Shown: positions 28,070 to 39,789 of the stretch, piece after piece | Layout of the letters: the number at the start of each line of letters is the position of its first letter | Numbering within the stretch: position 1 is the stretch's first letter | Origin: Octopus vulgaris | Taxonomy: Eukaryota | Direction of reading: 5' to 3' | DNA length: 64,000 bases | Assembly (NCBI GenBank): GCA_951406725.2 | Contig: OX597814.1 | Coordinates: 155,806,001 to 155,870,000 of the forward strand | The notes under the pieces: generated by a model | The model's input: only the letters and a program-made list of their open reading frames with translations | Databases searched by the model: none | What the model was told of the DNA's origin: nothing | Made by a program: the position numbers and the translations under genes

Positions 28070-29760
28070 GATTTTTATGCGAGCTGTTCCAACTCACTCT
28101 CAAACACCCGAACTTGCTCTTGCAAATTCGATGTTTTATTATGGTTGTTGTTTATGATTAGCAATGGTATATTGCACGGCGATGAGAGCAGAATCTGAGA
28201 ATTCATATGTTGTTCAATTTGCTATATTTTAGTTTTGAAACAGCTCTAAAAGAATCAGGTATTTTCAAGTCAATGTTTTTCTTATGATGTCGTCAGTAAA
28301 ATTGAGAATAATGTTGCGTAGTCTAGGGTTTCCATGTTATGTGATGATAGCGTTTAAGAGCGCCTTTAGGCATTGTTCTCAAGGTTTCGATTATCACAGT
28401 TGCAGTTGTTGTTCTTCTATTTCACAAGTTAGAATCTCCCCATTTGAATGGCCTTATATTTACTTCACTTTTCAAACGTTTTACAGAAGTGCTGCAGTCT
28501 GCTGGGTTTGTCACAGCTATGAGGAGATTTGTTTTCAGAACGTGATTTTCTACCATGATATCTAGCCTATTGACCTGTATAGCACAATCAGTTTGAAAAC
28601 TAAAGACCCAAAGAACGGTGATATATTTAATTTCTACTACTTTTTAGGCTTATATTCCCAATAGTTCTTCTCATATGAGAATTCAGACGTGTGGCATATG
28701 ATACATTGTAAATACTGGCCGTCTGTTATGGTGATTAATATTTTCATTTGAAGCTAGCGTAGAATCTCCAAGAAGGAGGTGGTCAATTGTTTCCCTGACT
28801 ACACTTGAAAAGCGGCAGGCAAGATCGGTTAAGTAGTTAAGAATGCTTGCTCAGTAGATTCTGGTGGAAAGAAACCGCTACAATGAAGCTATCTGTTTAT
28901 GATTTAGGCCCAGGTGCAACCAACAACTGACGGGTAATATTTGTATCAACATCAGGATCGATGTTACTTGTAGGTATTTGCCATGCAATGCCTTGCTTTT
29001 CCATTAGTTCCTACCGTCCATTCGAGCTTCGGGATTTCATTTGACTTGGCTGGTATATTTATCTCTTTTGCTATCACAGTGGGTTCTCCTGCTCCATTTT
29101 ATTGTGTCTTAATCTCGTTGATTCTCCATAATTCCTGTACATTTTTTTTGCTTCTTGTGATACTGAGTACATTTGTTTTCCATTCATGTTTGCAGACAAG
29201 TGTCAACATCCAGTCATTAGTGTTTTTTAATACACCACAATCCCTATAGGTGTTATTTTTAAAAACAGTTGCAGCTGCATCAGTCGATGTCCCCTATTCT
29301 TTCGTGTTTTGTCTATATAGTTTGCCTTTTGTTGATGCATACAGTGCATCCTGAGGAGCTTGCGCATAATTTTGTATAAGTTTTACTGATCGCACTGATG
29401 GAAATTTTTTTAATAGTAAAACTGTAGATCACAATATGTTCAGTTAAGTTATTTATTGCATCATCCTGTTTCTCACATGAAGTTCGCTTCTTAAGGTGGC
29501 TCTAACGATATAGTTATATACTGTGTTGCCGTGCATTTGTAGAAGATATATTTCATCCCTTTCACATACAACTAAACATTTGTAATTTTGTTTTTCAGGA
29601 TGTAATTCGTAAATGAAATCTTTCGTAGTACAGATACAACATCGATTTTCTGTAACCTTTGGTTTCAGAGCTTCCCCAGATTTCTATTTCGCCGAATATG
29701 GCGTGGTCATTTTGGTTAACACACTCAAACTAAAAAAAGTCTCACCAATTTCATCCTCAT
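28070..29760 (-). mobile_element. Decayed R4/Dong-type LINE relic(s)
   Basis: Minus-strand WKSKALHGKYLQ, ETIDHLLLG and QTD..IQVNRLDIMV (CCHC and RLE region). A further piece, WKEYKKRHDNL, lies at about 27.8 kb. Confidence 0.65.
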
Positions 29761-30861
29761 ATTAACTATTTGAAAATCAGAGAATTCTTTTGCCTCTGGT
29801 GTTCGTAGAATAGCTAGTAACTACAAACAACGAATACACTGTAATCTGAAATGGAAACTAATACATTAACAAGTATGACGAAACAGGCAGTATTTGAAAC
29901 GGTATAATGAGGTGTGTCAATTTGCTTTTGAATTAATTGTCGATAATTGTCGATATTCTTGTTTTTCCGTGATAAACCCCAATTGTGCCGTACTATCACA
30001 ACATTTTCAGTAGATAAAAATCAGGATATGGTTAAACATGTCCGATTTTCTGTGGATTGCAGAATACTTGGCAGCTATTTCTATAGATCAAGTAGCTAGT
30101 TAGAAGTTGCCTCATTGGCTTCAATTAGCACGTTGTGAAACTTCAGTTGTAACAACATTCGAAAGAATATTTTATTTAGCTTAACTGAAATTACCCTACA
30201 TAATGTAGAACGTAAGCTTAGATGATGATTATGGCAACAGATGGTGATTGTGTTTCAATTCTCTAAGAGTTATATCGCATCATTAGAGTGGCTAGCTTTC
30301 TTGAGAAACATTTTAGCATCAAATATGCTGCCCACAAACTCTCAGACATTTTGTCTTTGGAACAAATTCTTTCGTCAGTATAATTCTCCTCACTACACGA
30401 AAGGCATAAATAAAATAAATAACAGAACTAAAATTTAAAAAAAGACATACATAAATATCGAAATTGTAGACATGTCTGAAAATATAAATGGATGTGTACG
30501 TCGAAGGATAATGAAAACAAACTCTAAAGAAAAATATACAAGAATAAAGTCGTCTTGTCACAACAAATTATCTTGTTATTACAGAATTGTAATGGGCTTA
30601 CTGAAGGAATGAAAATATATTTAGATTTAGAAAAGTGACAGTGACAGCACAGAAGAGAGAATCAATATGTGACCAGACCTTCAGTGAAGTACTGTCCAGA
30701 GAAGCTATATTATGGAATCGGTTGGACAACAATGTAGAATTAAAGTGTAATTCCTGAGATATCCTATAATAAACAATTAATAGATAACTTAATTTGTCGA
30801 AGATATACACTTATGAATAATTTCAACAAAACGAGAATGAAGAATATGCAGGAAGAAGCAA

Positions 30862-30937
<76 letters not shown>

Positions 30938-30952
30938 GTGATAATAATAATA
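30862..30952. repeat. (AAT)n microsatellite
   Basis: Seen directly. Confidence 0.95.
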
Positions 30953-31069
30953 CTTAAAACCTTTTTTAACTGTGGTTTACAGTTTTTGTACTTGTGTAGT
31001 TAGTATATATTGGCATGTGCTTACCTCCTTAATTAAAAAAAAATCTCTTCTTGCATTTAACTGCGTTGT

Positions 31070-31450
31070 TGATATAAAAGGTATGTTTATATACTCGAGT
31101 AGTCAGGGAGAAAAGAAAGTCGAAACTTTCACACAAAATTGTAGATACTAAAGTTTTAAAATTTTCTAGAGATGTTCGTTTGTATGTTCGATCAGAAAAG
31201 ACTAATGTTTTTGCAATAAAAAGGTTGTTTACATGTTACAAGAACCACGGAGAAAAGCAGGGTAGAATTTTCCCAGAATCTTGTAGATATTAAGGTTTTA
31301 AAATTGACTAAAGTTGATCTTTTGTATGTCTGAACAGAGAAAACTGTAGTGTTCTTAGAGTAAAAAGGATGTTTATATTTTCGAATCTTCAGGAAGAAAG
31401 GAAAGAATAATTATTCACAGAAGTTGTAGATATCAAAGTTTTTAAAGCTT
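31070..31450. repeat. Diverged tandem repeat, period about 142 bp, about 2.6 copies
   Basis: tgtagata..aaagtttt/aaggtttt recurs at about 31140, 31282 and 31425, with a shared aaaagg..tgttta block. Confidence 0.7.
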
Positions 31451-31563
31451 GCATTTCTGTGATCGAAAACTGTAGATATGCAAGTATCTTATCTTATTTT
31501 GAGGGAAATTTAATGTATTCACAGGAAATTCAAAAATTCAAAAATTCAACGATGTGAACATCA

Positions 31564-31635
<72 letters not shown>

Positions 31636-31920
31636 TTTCTATCAGTAATTAGAACAAGGGTAATTGTTTCTTTTCAAGACCAAGGTCAGCGCTCTCATTG
31701 ATCGCTAGTAGTAGTAAATTTACTTAACCTCTGCTGACCACAAGGTTGTGAGGCTTCTTTCATCTCCTTATCGCACAGGAATGCCTGCTACTGATCTCCT
31801 TACCATCTTCTGATTGTATTTACAGATCTGTAGAAATTAGTCTATTCACCAAATTACTTCTCTTTCTCCTACTCTCAAGAGTATATACACATACACATGT
31901 ATGTACATACAAACATACAT

Positions 31921-31956
<36 letters not shown>

Positions 31957-31957
31957 C

Positions 31958-32465
31958 ATGCTTGCATTGTGTCGCCTCCATAACCACAGTGATTATCATT
32001 ACCACTATCGTTCTACCTGTAGCATTTAAAATTATCAATAATAATGTGGGCACCAGTATATTGCATCAGATCTTCGTCACTATTTATCAAATATTGGCCA
32101 AGCGTTTTCCTTTCACTCTTTATACAATGGTTACAAAACCAGTGATTGTGGGAGCACTCGAAATGACCAGTAAAGGAACTAAAAATTAGTTAAGAATGGC
32201 CTCTGGATTACCATTCATGCATGGAGCGCAAAAGTGTTAACTGCAAATGTAAACAGACTGTATACGAAAAGAAAAATGGTGGCAGACTAATTAGTATAGA
32301 CCATTGTATAAGATGTGAAAGGAGAACGCTTGCCGAGTATTTGATAAATAGTGACGAAGATCTGCTGCAATATACTGGGACCCATATTATAATTTTAAAT
32401 GCTATAGGTAGAACGATGGTGGTAATGATAATCACTATGGTTATGAGGCGACACAGTGCAAGCAT
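31958..32465. repeat. Imperfect long inverted repeat (arms about 170 bp, spacer about 170 bp)
   Basis: 31958-32131 is the reverse complement of 32300-32465 with scattered substitutions; the spacer and part of the arm are R4/Dong-derived. Confidence 0.9.
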
Positions 32466-32529
32466 ATATATGTGTATGTACATACATGTGCACGTATATA
32501 TACAAATAAAGAGAGGAAGAGAGATGGGA

Positions 32530-32930
32530 TCTCAATAACAACTCTCGTGGGAACCCCACGAACGACTCATGGAATCATGATGCAACTCAACAAGGAAGGA
32601 ATTAACGGCGAGAATGATGCTATGGCCGATCGTGGTGAAGGTTTTCCGCCCGCATCAGGGATAGTGATTTGGCATCGGACGGTCGTTATGTCACAACAGA
32701 TCACATACCCATCGTGCACAAAAGCAGACGTAAGTAGACGAAGGAAGAGTACGATACACTTATCGAATGTCATGAAAGAGCAAAGCTGGAAAGAAGTAGC
32801 AAAGTAGGACGCCGTACCTTGAAATTTTAGATGGAAAAGAGCATGTGTCCAATGTCAGAAAATAAGCTAATGAACCAAGTGAGAGTGATTAGGAGGGTTA
32901 CTTAACCCTCACAGGATCTAGACCACAGGC
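32530..32930 (+). mobile_element. R4/Dong-type LINE 5'/N-terminal fragment
   Basis: TKEEYDTLIECHERAKL..MSENKLMNQVRVIRR resembles the N-terminal domain of R4/Dong ORFs. Confidence 0.5.
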
Positions 32931-33459
32931 AGGTTACGTCCTCAAGTCATAAAAAAGAAAATTATCTTCTCAGTCTTTCTAGTTTTAGGTTTGTTTCTAA
33001 ATGAATAGCCACTTTTTTCAGCAGGCTTTCTTTATATGAAAATAATATTCTGTTTAGCATCACTCCTTCACAAATAGTCATCTATTTTCCCATGCAGTTG
33101 TCTCGCCATCTATCTCTTTGTCGGTTTATTCCTCTCATTTTAATTCTTATTGTTTATTTTCTAGTTTCACTTCTGTCTCTCTTCAATAAAGTCTGTCAGT
33201 CGTTCACTTTGTCTTGGTAAATGGCTCGATCTCACTTCCAATTTTTAACTGAAACTCTCGAATGTTTTATTATTTTCGAACGTTAGTGATGAACGCACAC
33301 GCACGCGCACACACACATACTCACTTACGTACACACACACATATAATACTCACTCACACACATGTACACACACATACTCACTCACACATACCCAGCTGCT
33401 AAATAAAACACGTAGCTTTGAGGACTGCATCCGATAATGCGCATGCTTAAAATGTTAAA

Positions 33460-34370
33460 AATCTACCAAATCTCAAATATGAAAACATTTATGTAAGCTA
33501 TTTTTTCTTGAACAGGAAATGAAGAGCACCGCTGTGTTTGGTATGCGATTATAAAATGACAAACGAATATACAGCTCCTAGCACTTTGAATAAACATTTC
33601 AAAACTAAACACTTCCATCTTCAAAGAAAAATATCAAATTATTTTAAAAGCTTGTCAGAACGACAAACAAAACAGATAAATATTTTTTAAACATATATTA
33701 ACTGTCTCCGAAAAGGCTCAAATTATTTCTTATGAAATCTCTGAAATAGTTGCGCAATATATGAACTTTCATACAATAGCAGAAGCAATTATTTTGTTTG
33801 CATGCAGAAAGCCTATTCAGACAAAGCTATAAGATAGAGCAGCAGATGAAATAGGTAAAGCTTCCCTATTGAATAACAGAGCGTAGGCACATTTTGGAAT
33901 TGCTTGTTGATACCGTGGTAAATGATAAGTTTCAACATTAATTTTTACTTTGCAATTTGATGAGTCAATATAGCAGCTATTGGTATTCATTCATTTTATT
34001 GATTGAAAACAAATAGTAAACTGATTTTTTTTGTTGTTGTAAAAATGTTAGATTATAGAAAAGGTCAAGACATTTTTCATATTCTAAGCCACTACCAAGG
34101 AAAATCGAAATTATCATGGAAGCTATTCACTGGCTTTTGCATCAATGCATCTCTTTGTATCACCAACTTTATGAAAGATCTTACTAGATATATAGTAAAG
34201 CAAAATTTGTATATTACACTTCACAGCTTTCTTCATACATAATCCTTGAATACTTTCACAATTGAATTAAATTAGTTTTAAATCATGTTATCAAGATGTA
34301 AATTTTATATGCAAAAAGGAAAAAAATATATACATAGGCAGGAATTTGAAACAGTCATATTTTTACACAT
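33460..34370 (+). mobile_element. Ancient hAT (Charlie/Buster, ZBED5/8-like) transposase relic
   Basis: APLCLVC, LNKHFKTKH, SEKAQIISYEISEIVA..HTIAEAIILFAC, FTLQFDES, KGQDIF, TLHSFLH; many stops. Confidence 0.75.
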
Positions 34371-34826
34371 TAGTGACATCGAAAAGGCGCTTCCCAAAAG
34401 TAATTAAAATATTTCATGAATAATTAAATCAAAAACACTATTGCGAATATAGTTTATGTCCATTTTGTATTTCTAGCCTGAAGAAGAAAACCCAGGAATT
34501 AAGATTTTGAAATGTTTCCTTTAGTAAGTAAAACTCATATAAATGAAATGGCTCCTATTTGAGAAGAGAGATTCTCTTTTATTACTATAATTACACACAG
34601 AAGAATATGAGAATTAAAATTCTATTTTGGTATGAAATATGAAGAAAAATTGGTTTCTGTTTATGGCGATTGTGGGCATAATTTCGGAAAGTAAAGAACT
34701 GTCGGTTGAGCAGATTTTGTTTTACGTCAATATAGGTCGTTATTCATTAGTTAAAGAAAACTAGTCTATTTTACATTATTTATATTATTTACATTTGACG
34801 GATCTGTCCTCATCTTGTTTGTTGTT

Positions 34827-34872
34827 AACACAACGTTTCGGCTAATATACCCTCCAGCCTTCATCAGGTGTC
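34827..34872 (-). ncRNA. Minimal type I hammerhead ribozyme motif (Penelope-type)
   Basis: Minus strand: gacac CTGATGA a ggct-ggagggtatatt-agcc GAAA cg TT gtgtt. Stem I gacac/gtgtt, stem II ggct/agcc, palindromic stem III AACGTT, GUU cleavage triplet. Confidence 0.75.
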
Positions 34873-34961
34873 TTGGGGAATTTTCGAACCTGGGTTCTCA
34901 TTCCTAAGGCATTTTTCGAAGATATTATTATTCTTATTCTTATTCTTCTTATTATTATTGA

Positions 34962-35143
34962 TTGAGAGAGCAGTGCATGACATCAAAGTGACACTGGGGT
35001 AAAATATACGAAACCCGGTATACCCATCATGGCTACTCGTCTGATAAGGGTACACCAGGCACATGTATAACAACCATATGTGTGCGACATGGTGATCTCA
35101 TATCAAGGTAAACAGCACATGAACTTGCAGGTGGGGCCCAGTT
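34962..35143 (-). mobile_element. 3' fragment of a retroposon (SINE or LINE tail) ending in an (AAT)n-like tract
   Basis: Block of higher GC abutting a tta/ttc simple repeat and lying inside the hammerhead element; family not determined. Confidence 0.35.
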
Positions 35144-35871
35144 ATGTAAATAATGTACATAATTCCTCACTTGAATATAGAACTGCAATCTATTTTAGTT
35201 TCAGTTTCATCATTATGTTTTACGAATTCTGACTCTTCTTCACAAAGTGACGCGAAATGAAATTGTAATAAATAGTTGAATGTATGAAGGAAGTAATGAG
35301 AGAAAATATGTCAACCACATGTCACAACATCGAACAAGAACCAAAAGCTGTTGTTGCACTAGAAGTCTCTATTTCTTGTCTGCCAAGAAGCCGAAAATTT
35401 TGAGAAAAACTAGCTTCCAGACATTTATTTTGCACTTTACATTAAGTACAACAGTATATTGTTCCTTAACTTTCCTCAAATATATCTATGGTATATATTA
35501 CTATAGTAACGACTGTTAAATAATTAGTATTAGTATTTGAGACTATATCTGAAGAATCGGTGTACAACAGGTCGATACCTGCTAATAACTGATGCAACAG
35601 ATATCGGAGTATGCGCAAACAAATATGCCGCAAATGTTGTACACGAACATGACGTGAGTTCAATGAGTTAACTTACTATAAACAAATACAAAAGCCAAAG
35701 CTGACTCATACAAAATATATATGTTTGGATAAGGTTTTTCCAGAAACATTAGAATTTTATTTCCGCGTGGCATAACAACCTTTTATATGTACGAATCTTA
35801 CTAGCTATATCGACACTGTTTCTGAATCCTTAGTTTAGCCTTGCAGAAAGAAACGATTTTTTGATGATACT

Positions 35872-36017
35872 CTCTCTTTTACTCTTTTACTTGTTTCAGT
35901 CATTTGACTGCGGCCATACTGGAGCACCGCCTTTAGTCGAGCAAATCGACCCCGGGACTTATTCTTTGTAAGCCCAGTACTTATTCTATCGGTCTCTTTT
36001 GCCGAACCGCTAAGTGA
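35872..36017 (-). mobile_element. Family-A SINE 3' part
   Basis: Reverse complement of the SINE tail. Confidence 0.9.
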
Positions 36018-36385
36018 CTGTATATTCACATAATTTTTCTCAGGCAACGAGCTTACATCAGATATAATCACTTGAGAAAGAAAGCTAAGTTGAACCCTTT
36101 AAACTGCGTAGCGAGATCCCTATACTAGAATACTTTAGTTAATATATAGGCAAATTTTGGAAGAAATATTAGGATCTGCGTTCCGAAAGATGTAAGACTG
36201 CTTCTAAGATATTATGGTATTAATTTGCAATTTGATGCTAATATTCAGCAAGATTCTGATGCCGGTTGAAATCAATTGTGAGATTCGTCTTTCATAGTTC
36301 ATCAAGCATTACATTATTCAGAATTTGTTTTTTTCTAAATTCCTGTTATACATTAAATAAATAAGTACCATATGAAGTTTGTTTG

Positions 36386-36438
<53 letters not shown>

Positions 36439-36898
36439 ATGTATTTATAGTGGAAACAAAGAGGAATTTTGTTATTAGTTTGTTTCAATATACACTAATA
36501 TATTTTATATAAATATCTATACGTCTTTTCTGTCGATATTAAGAAAATCAAATTATAAATCCTAATATTTCCATTTTGTCTTGGAGTACAGAGTGGTATT
36601 TGCGAAAAAAATTATTTCAGGAATAACGTTCATTTTCAATTTGCTGGATATGAAAAGTATATGAGATGTACTTTGACAATTGAATTATATTAGTTTTACA
36701 TCATGTTATCAAGATGTAAATTTTATTTGCAAAAAGGAAAAAAAAATACATAGATAAGGATTTGGAACAGTCATATTTTTACACATTAAATACTTAAATG
36801 TTCTCTAGTATATATTCTTGACTCTTTTAAGCAGTTAACTCAGCAAAATTATAAAATGATACACACGTACACACATATATATGTATGAGTGAATGCTT

Positions 36899-37088
<190 letters not shown>

Positions 37089-38275
37089 TACATGGGGTCA
37101 TTAACTTCTACAGTTATTCAAATAAATTTCGTAGCTCTCAATACAAGACTATTTTTGTCATCATTTATATCACGATTTGTTAGCGAAATAGAAAGTACAC
37201 ATTTACAAGTTCTCTAGTCTCTTTACTGCTGATATTTAATTGATGCTCTTAGTTAATGTTCAAACTTCAGAACACTATAAAGTGTAAGAAGGTGTTAGGC
37301 ACATAAATTATATTCACCGCTAATGCAAACAAGAATTGTATTTCATTGTCTTAAAGCCGTTGTATTTGCTTAATAGCTTCTTTTATTTTATATTGTCAAG
37401 CTTGATTCGTTGTAGAATTGAGAAAATCCTCAATTGCAACGTAATGAAATTAATACGGCTGTCACAGAATAGTTTGTTGGCGCCAATATGATATTTATAT
37501 AAGCGTGTCCTTCAAGGAATCACTCACTGTATTCCTGAAAAAGAAACGTGCTTATGATATAAAATATATAGTCGCCATGTAGACTCGGACCGCATTGCTA
37601 TTTAAGTCTCCCTTTTTCTCTTCGTGTATATGATTTGTGATCTATAATTGCATATTCGTTGAGCAAACCAATGTTAAAAGGCGAACCAACAGTATTTCTA
37701 ATGAAAAGAATTGAACATGTTTTTAGTAGGTTCATATAAAGTAGAATATTTGTCGGAAAGCTTTTTTTTAAAATAGAACCATTTTTTTTCTTATGTGCCA
37801 CACACGGTGATATGACATACGTGTAATGAGACATAAACAATCAAATAAGCATTGCTACACATTTTCAAAGAGGCATAATCTCTGAAATTCAGATGGGATA
37901 TTAGTAATTATTGTAGGCGAAATTATTCTAATATGAAGTAAATTGATTAACAAATTTCCCTAAAGTGTCTACTCATCGAATATTTCAAATTCACATAAAT
38001 TATCAATTCAACAGGGGCATATATTTATTAGATTACAAGTTAATATTCATCGAACTATCTTGATACATAGAAATATGCAGCTTTTAGTCAAGAATAGTAT
38101 CTAACAATCTTGTATGTGAATAAGGTGAATTTTCACTTCAAAATTGAACAATATCTCGTATAATGTACTTGTTGATTTACGGAATAGAAAGGCGAATTAT
38201 ATATATATTTACACACACACACACACATGTACGCACGCACACATACATGTACACATACAGATTATGTATTTATGT

Positions 38276-38342
<67 letters not shown>

Positions 38343-38347
<5 letters not shown>

Positions 38348-38760
38348 TATATAAAATCCGTTTTGTCTGTGTGTGTGTGTGTATGTGTCTTTTCGGATCT
38401 CAGGCATTCTCCATCCTATTTCGCTCAAATTTGATATGTAGATATCGACGGTATTAGGGCGAGTATAAGTATTGAAAAAAATTAAAAACATCGATTCCAG
38501 GTGAGAATGCGATCCATAAAGCCGAGGAAACGGGCATTTGTACGCGCAAGTACATCAGCTGTTGCGATGTACTTATTGGTACTTTAAACGCCTCGGTTAC
38601 ATGTTTGTGTGAATAAAATCGTTTTTCTTTGGAATAGAAAAAAAATCTATTTTTATTTCTTCTTTTGCTGGTGTCCCAAATTTAGGTTTAATCAGTGTTT
38701 CTCAAAGGGGAGGCCTACGGGACGGCCGGACAAGTTGTTTTGAGAAAATTTGGCTTAAAT
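38343..38760 (+). mobile_element. Possible non-autonomous Helitron-like element, 5' portion
   Basis: Begins tatactatataaaat followed by a tgtctgtgtg tract and caaatttgatatg, a layout common in animal non-autonomous Helitrons. No clear 3' hairpin plus CTAG was found. Confidence 0.3.
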
Positions 38761-39624
38761 GTTTGACAACTCAGCACCGACCATTGGACGAGGGGCGTTT
38801 TACTCGTATATATATATTCACGCTACCCATTCCACACTCTACTTTTCTTGTATAAAGGAACTGCAAATGTAACATCCATCATACGTTTTTATTTTTATTC
38901 TCTTATTTCCATTTATATTTCCTATATCTTTCCTTTTCCAGAATAACTTCTTATACTGAGCTCTACTATTTCCCTCTATTTAACTCTCTCATATCGTCTC
39001 TGGGGAAGAGATATCTCTCAAATTCTTGAAACAGCTGTAAGACTACTTTTCTCTTTATAAATGTCCTAGAAATTTTACACTGACATGGCTTTGTCGTTTC
39101 CTTTTATTTAACACATTCACACAGAATCGCATCTCTACTTGAAAAAGCATTTTTTAAAAAAATGTTTTTGGGATTCCTACGTTTTAGATGTAGCAGATTA
39201 CGAATATGCAAAAATAAAAAAATTCCCCCTCCCTCTCCACAATTTAAAATTTTGATTTTGTTTACTTTAAACAGATTATAGCGAATTGACGAACATATGC
39301 AAATCGAAATTAAATACAGACGAAAACATTAAAGTGAAAAGAATTTAAGTTTTACTTGTGTTTTCATTAAATAATCGTAAATAATAATTTAATGTAAATT
39401 AAATATACACTATTTTATGAGAAACAAACATTAATATTTAATAATTAATGTTATAAAATTTAATAGGGGGCTCAAATTTTATCTCCTCCCCAATTTTAAA
39501 TTATGAACTTTTATTTGTCTGTCTACTTATCCCTATCCGTTTATTCATAAAATATATTTGTCAACTAAATGTAGCGCTCTATAGAAGACGGTATTTTTAG
39601 CCCCAGGATGACATTCTTATCTAT

Positions 39625-39679
<55 letters not shown>

Positions 39680-39789
39680 CACTACAAAACCGGATGTTTA
39701 CAATGAATTTCGCGCTTGTGTGGGCGAAATTTCCCAAATTTTGAAGGCTTTCGGGGTTTCATTTTAGCCATTTTTCATTTCAAAACTGG

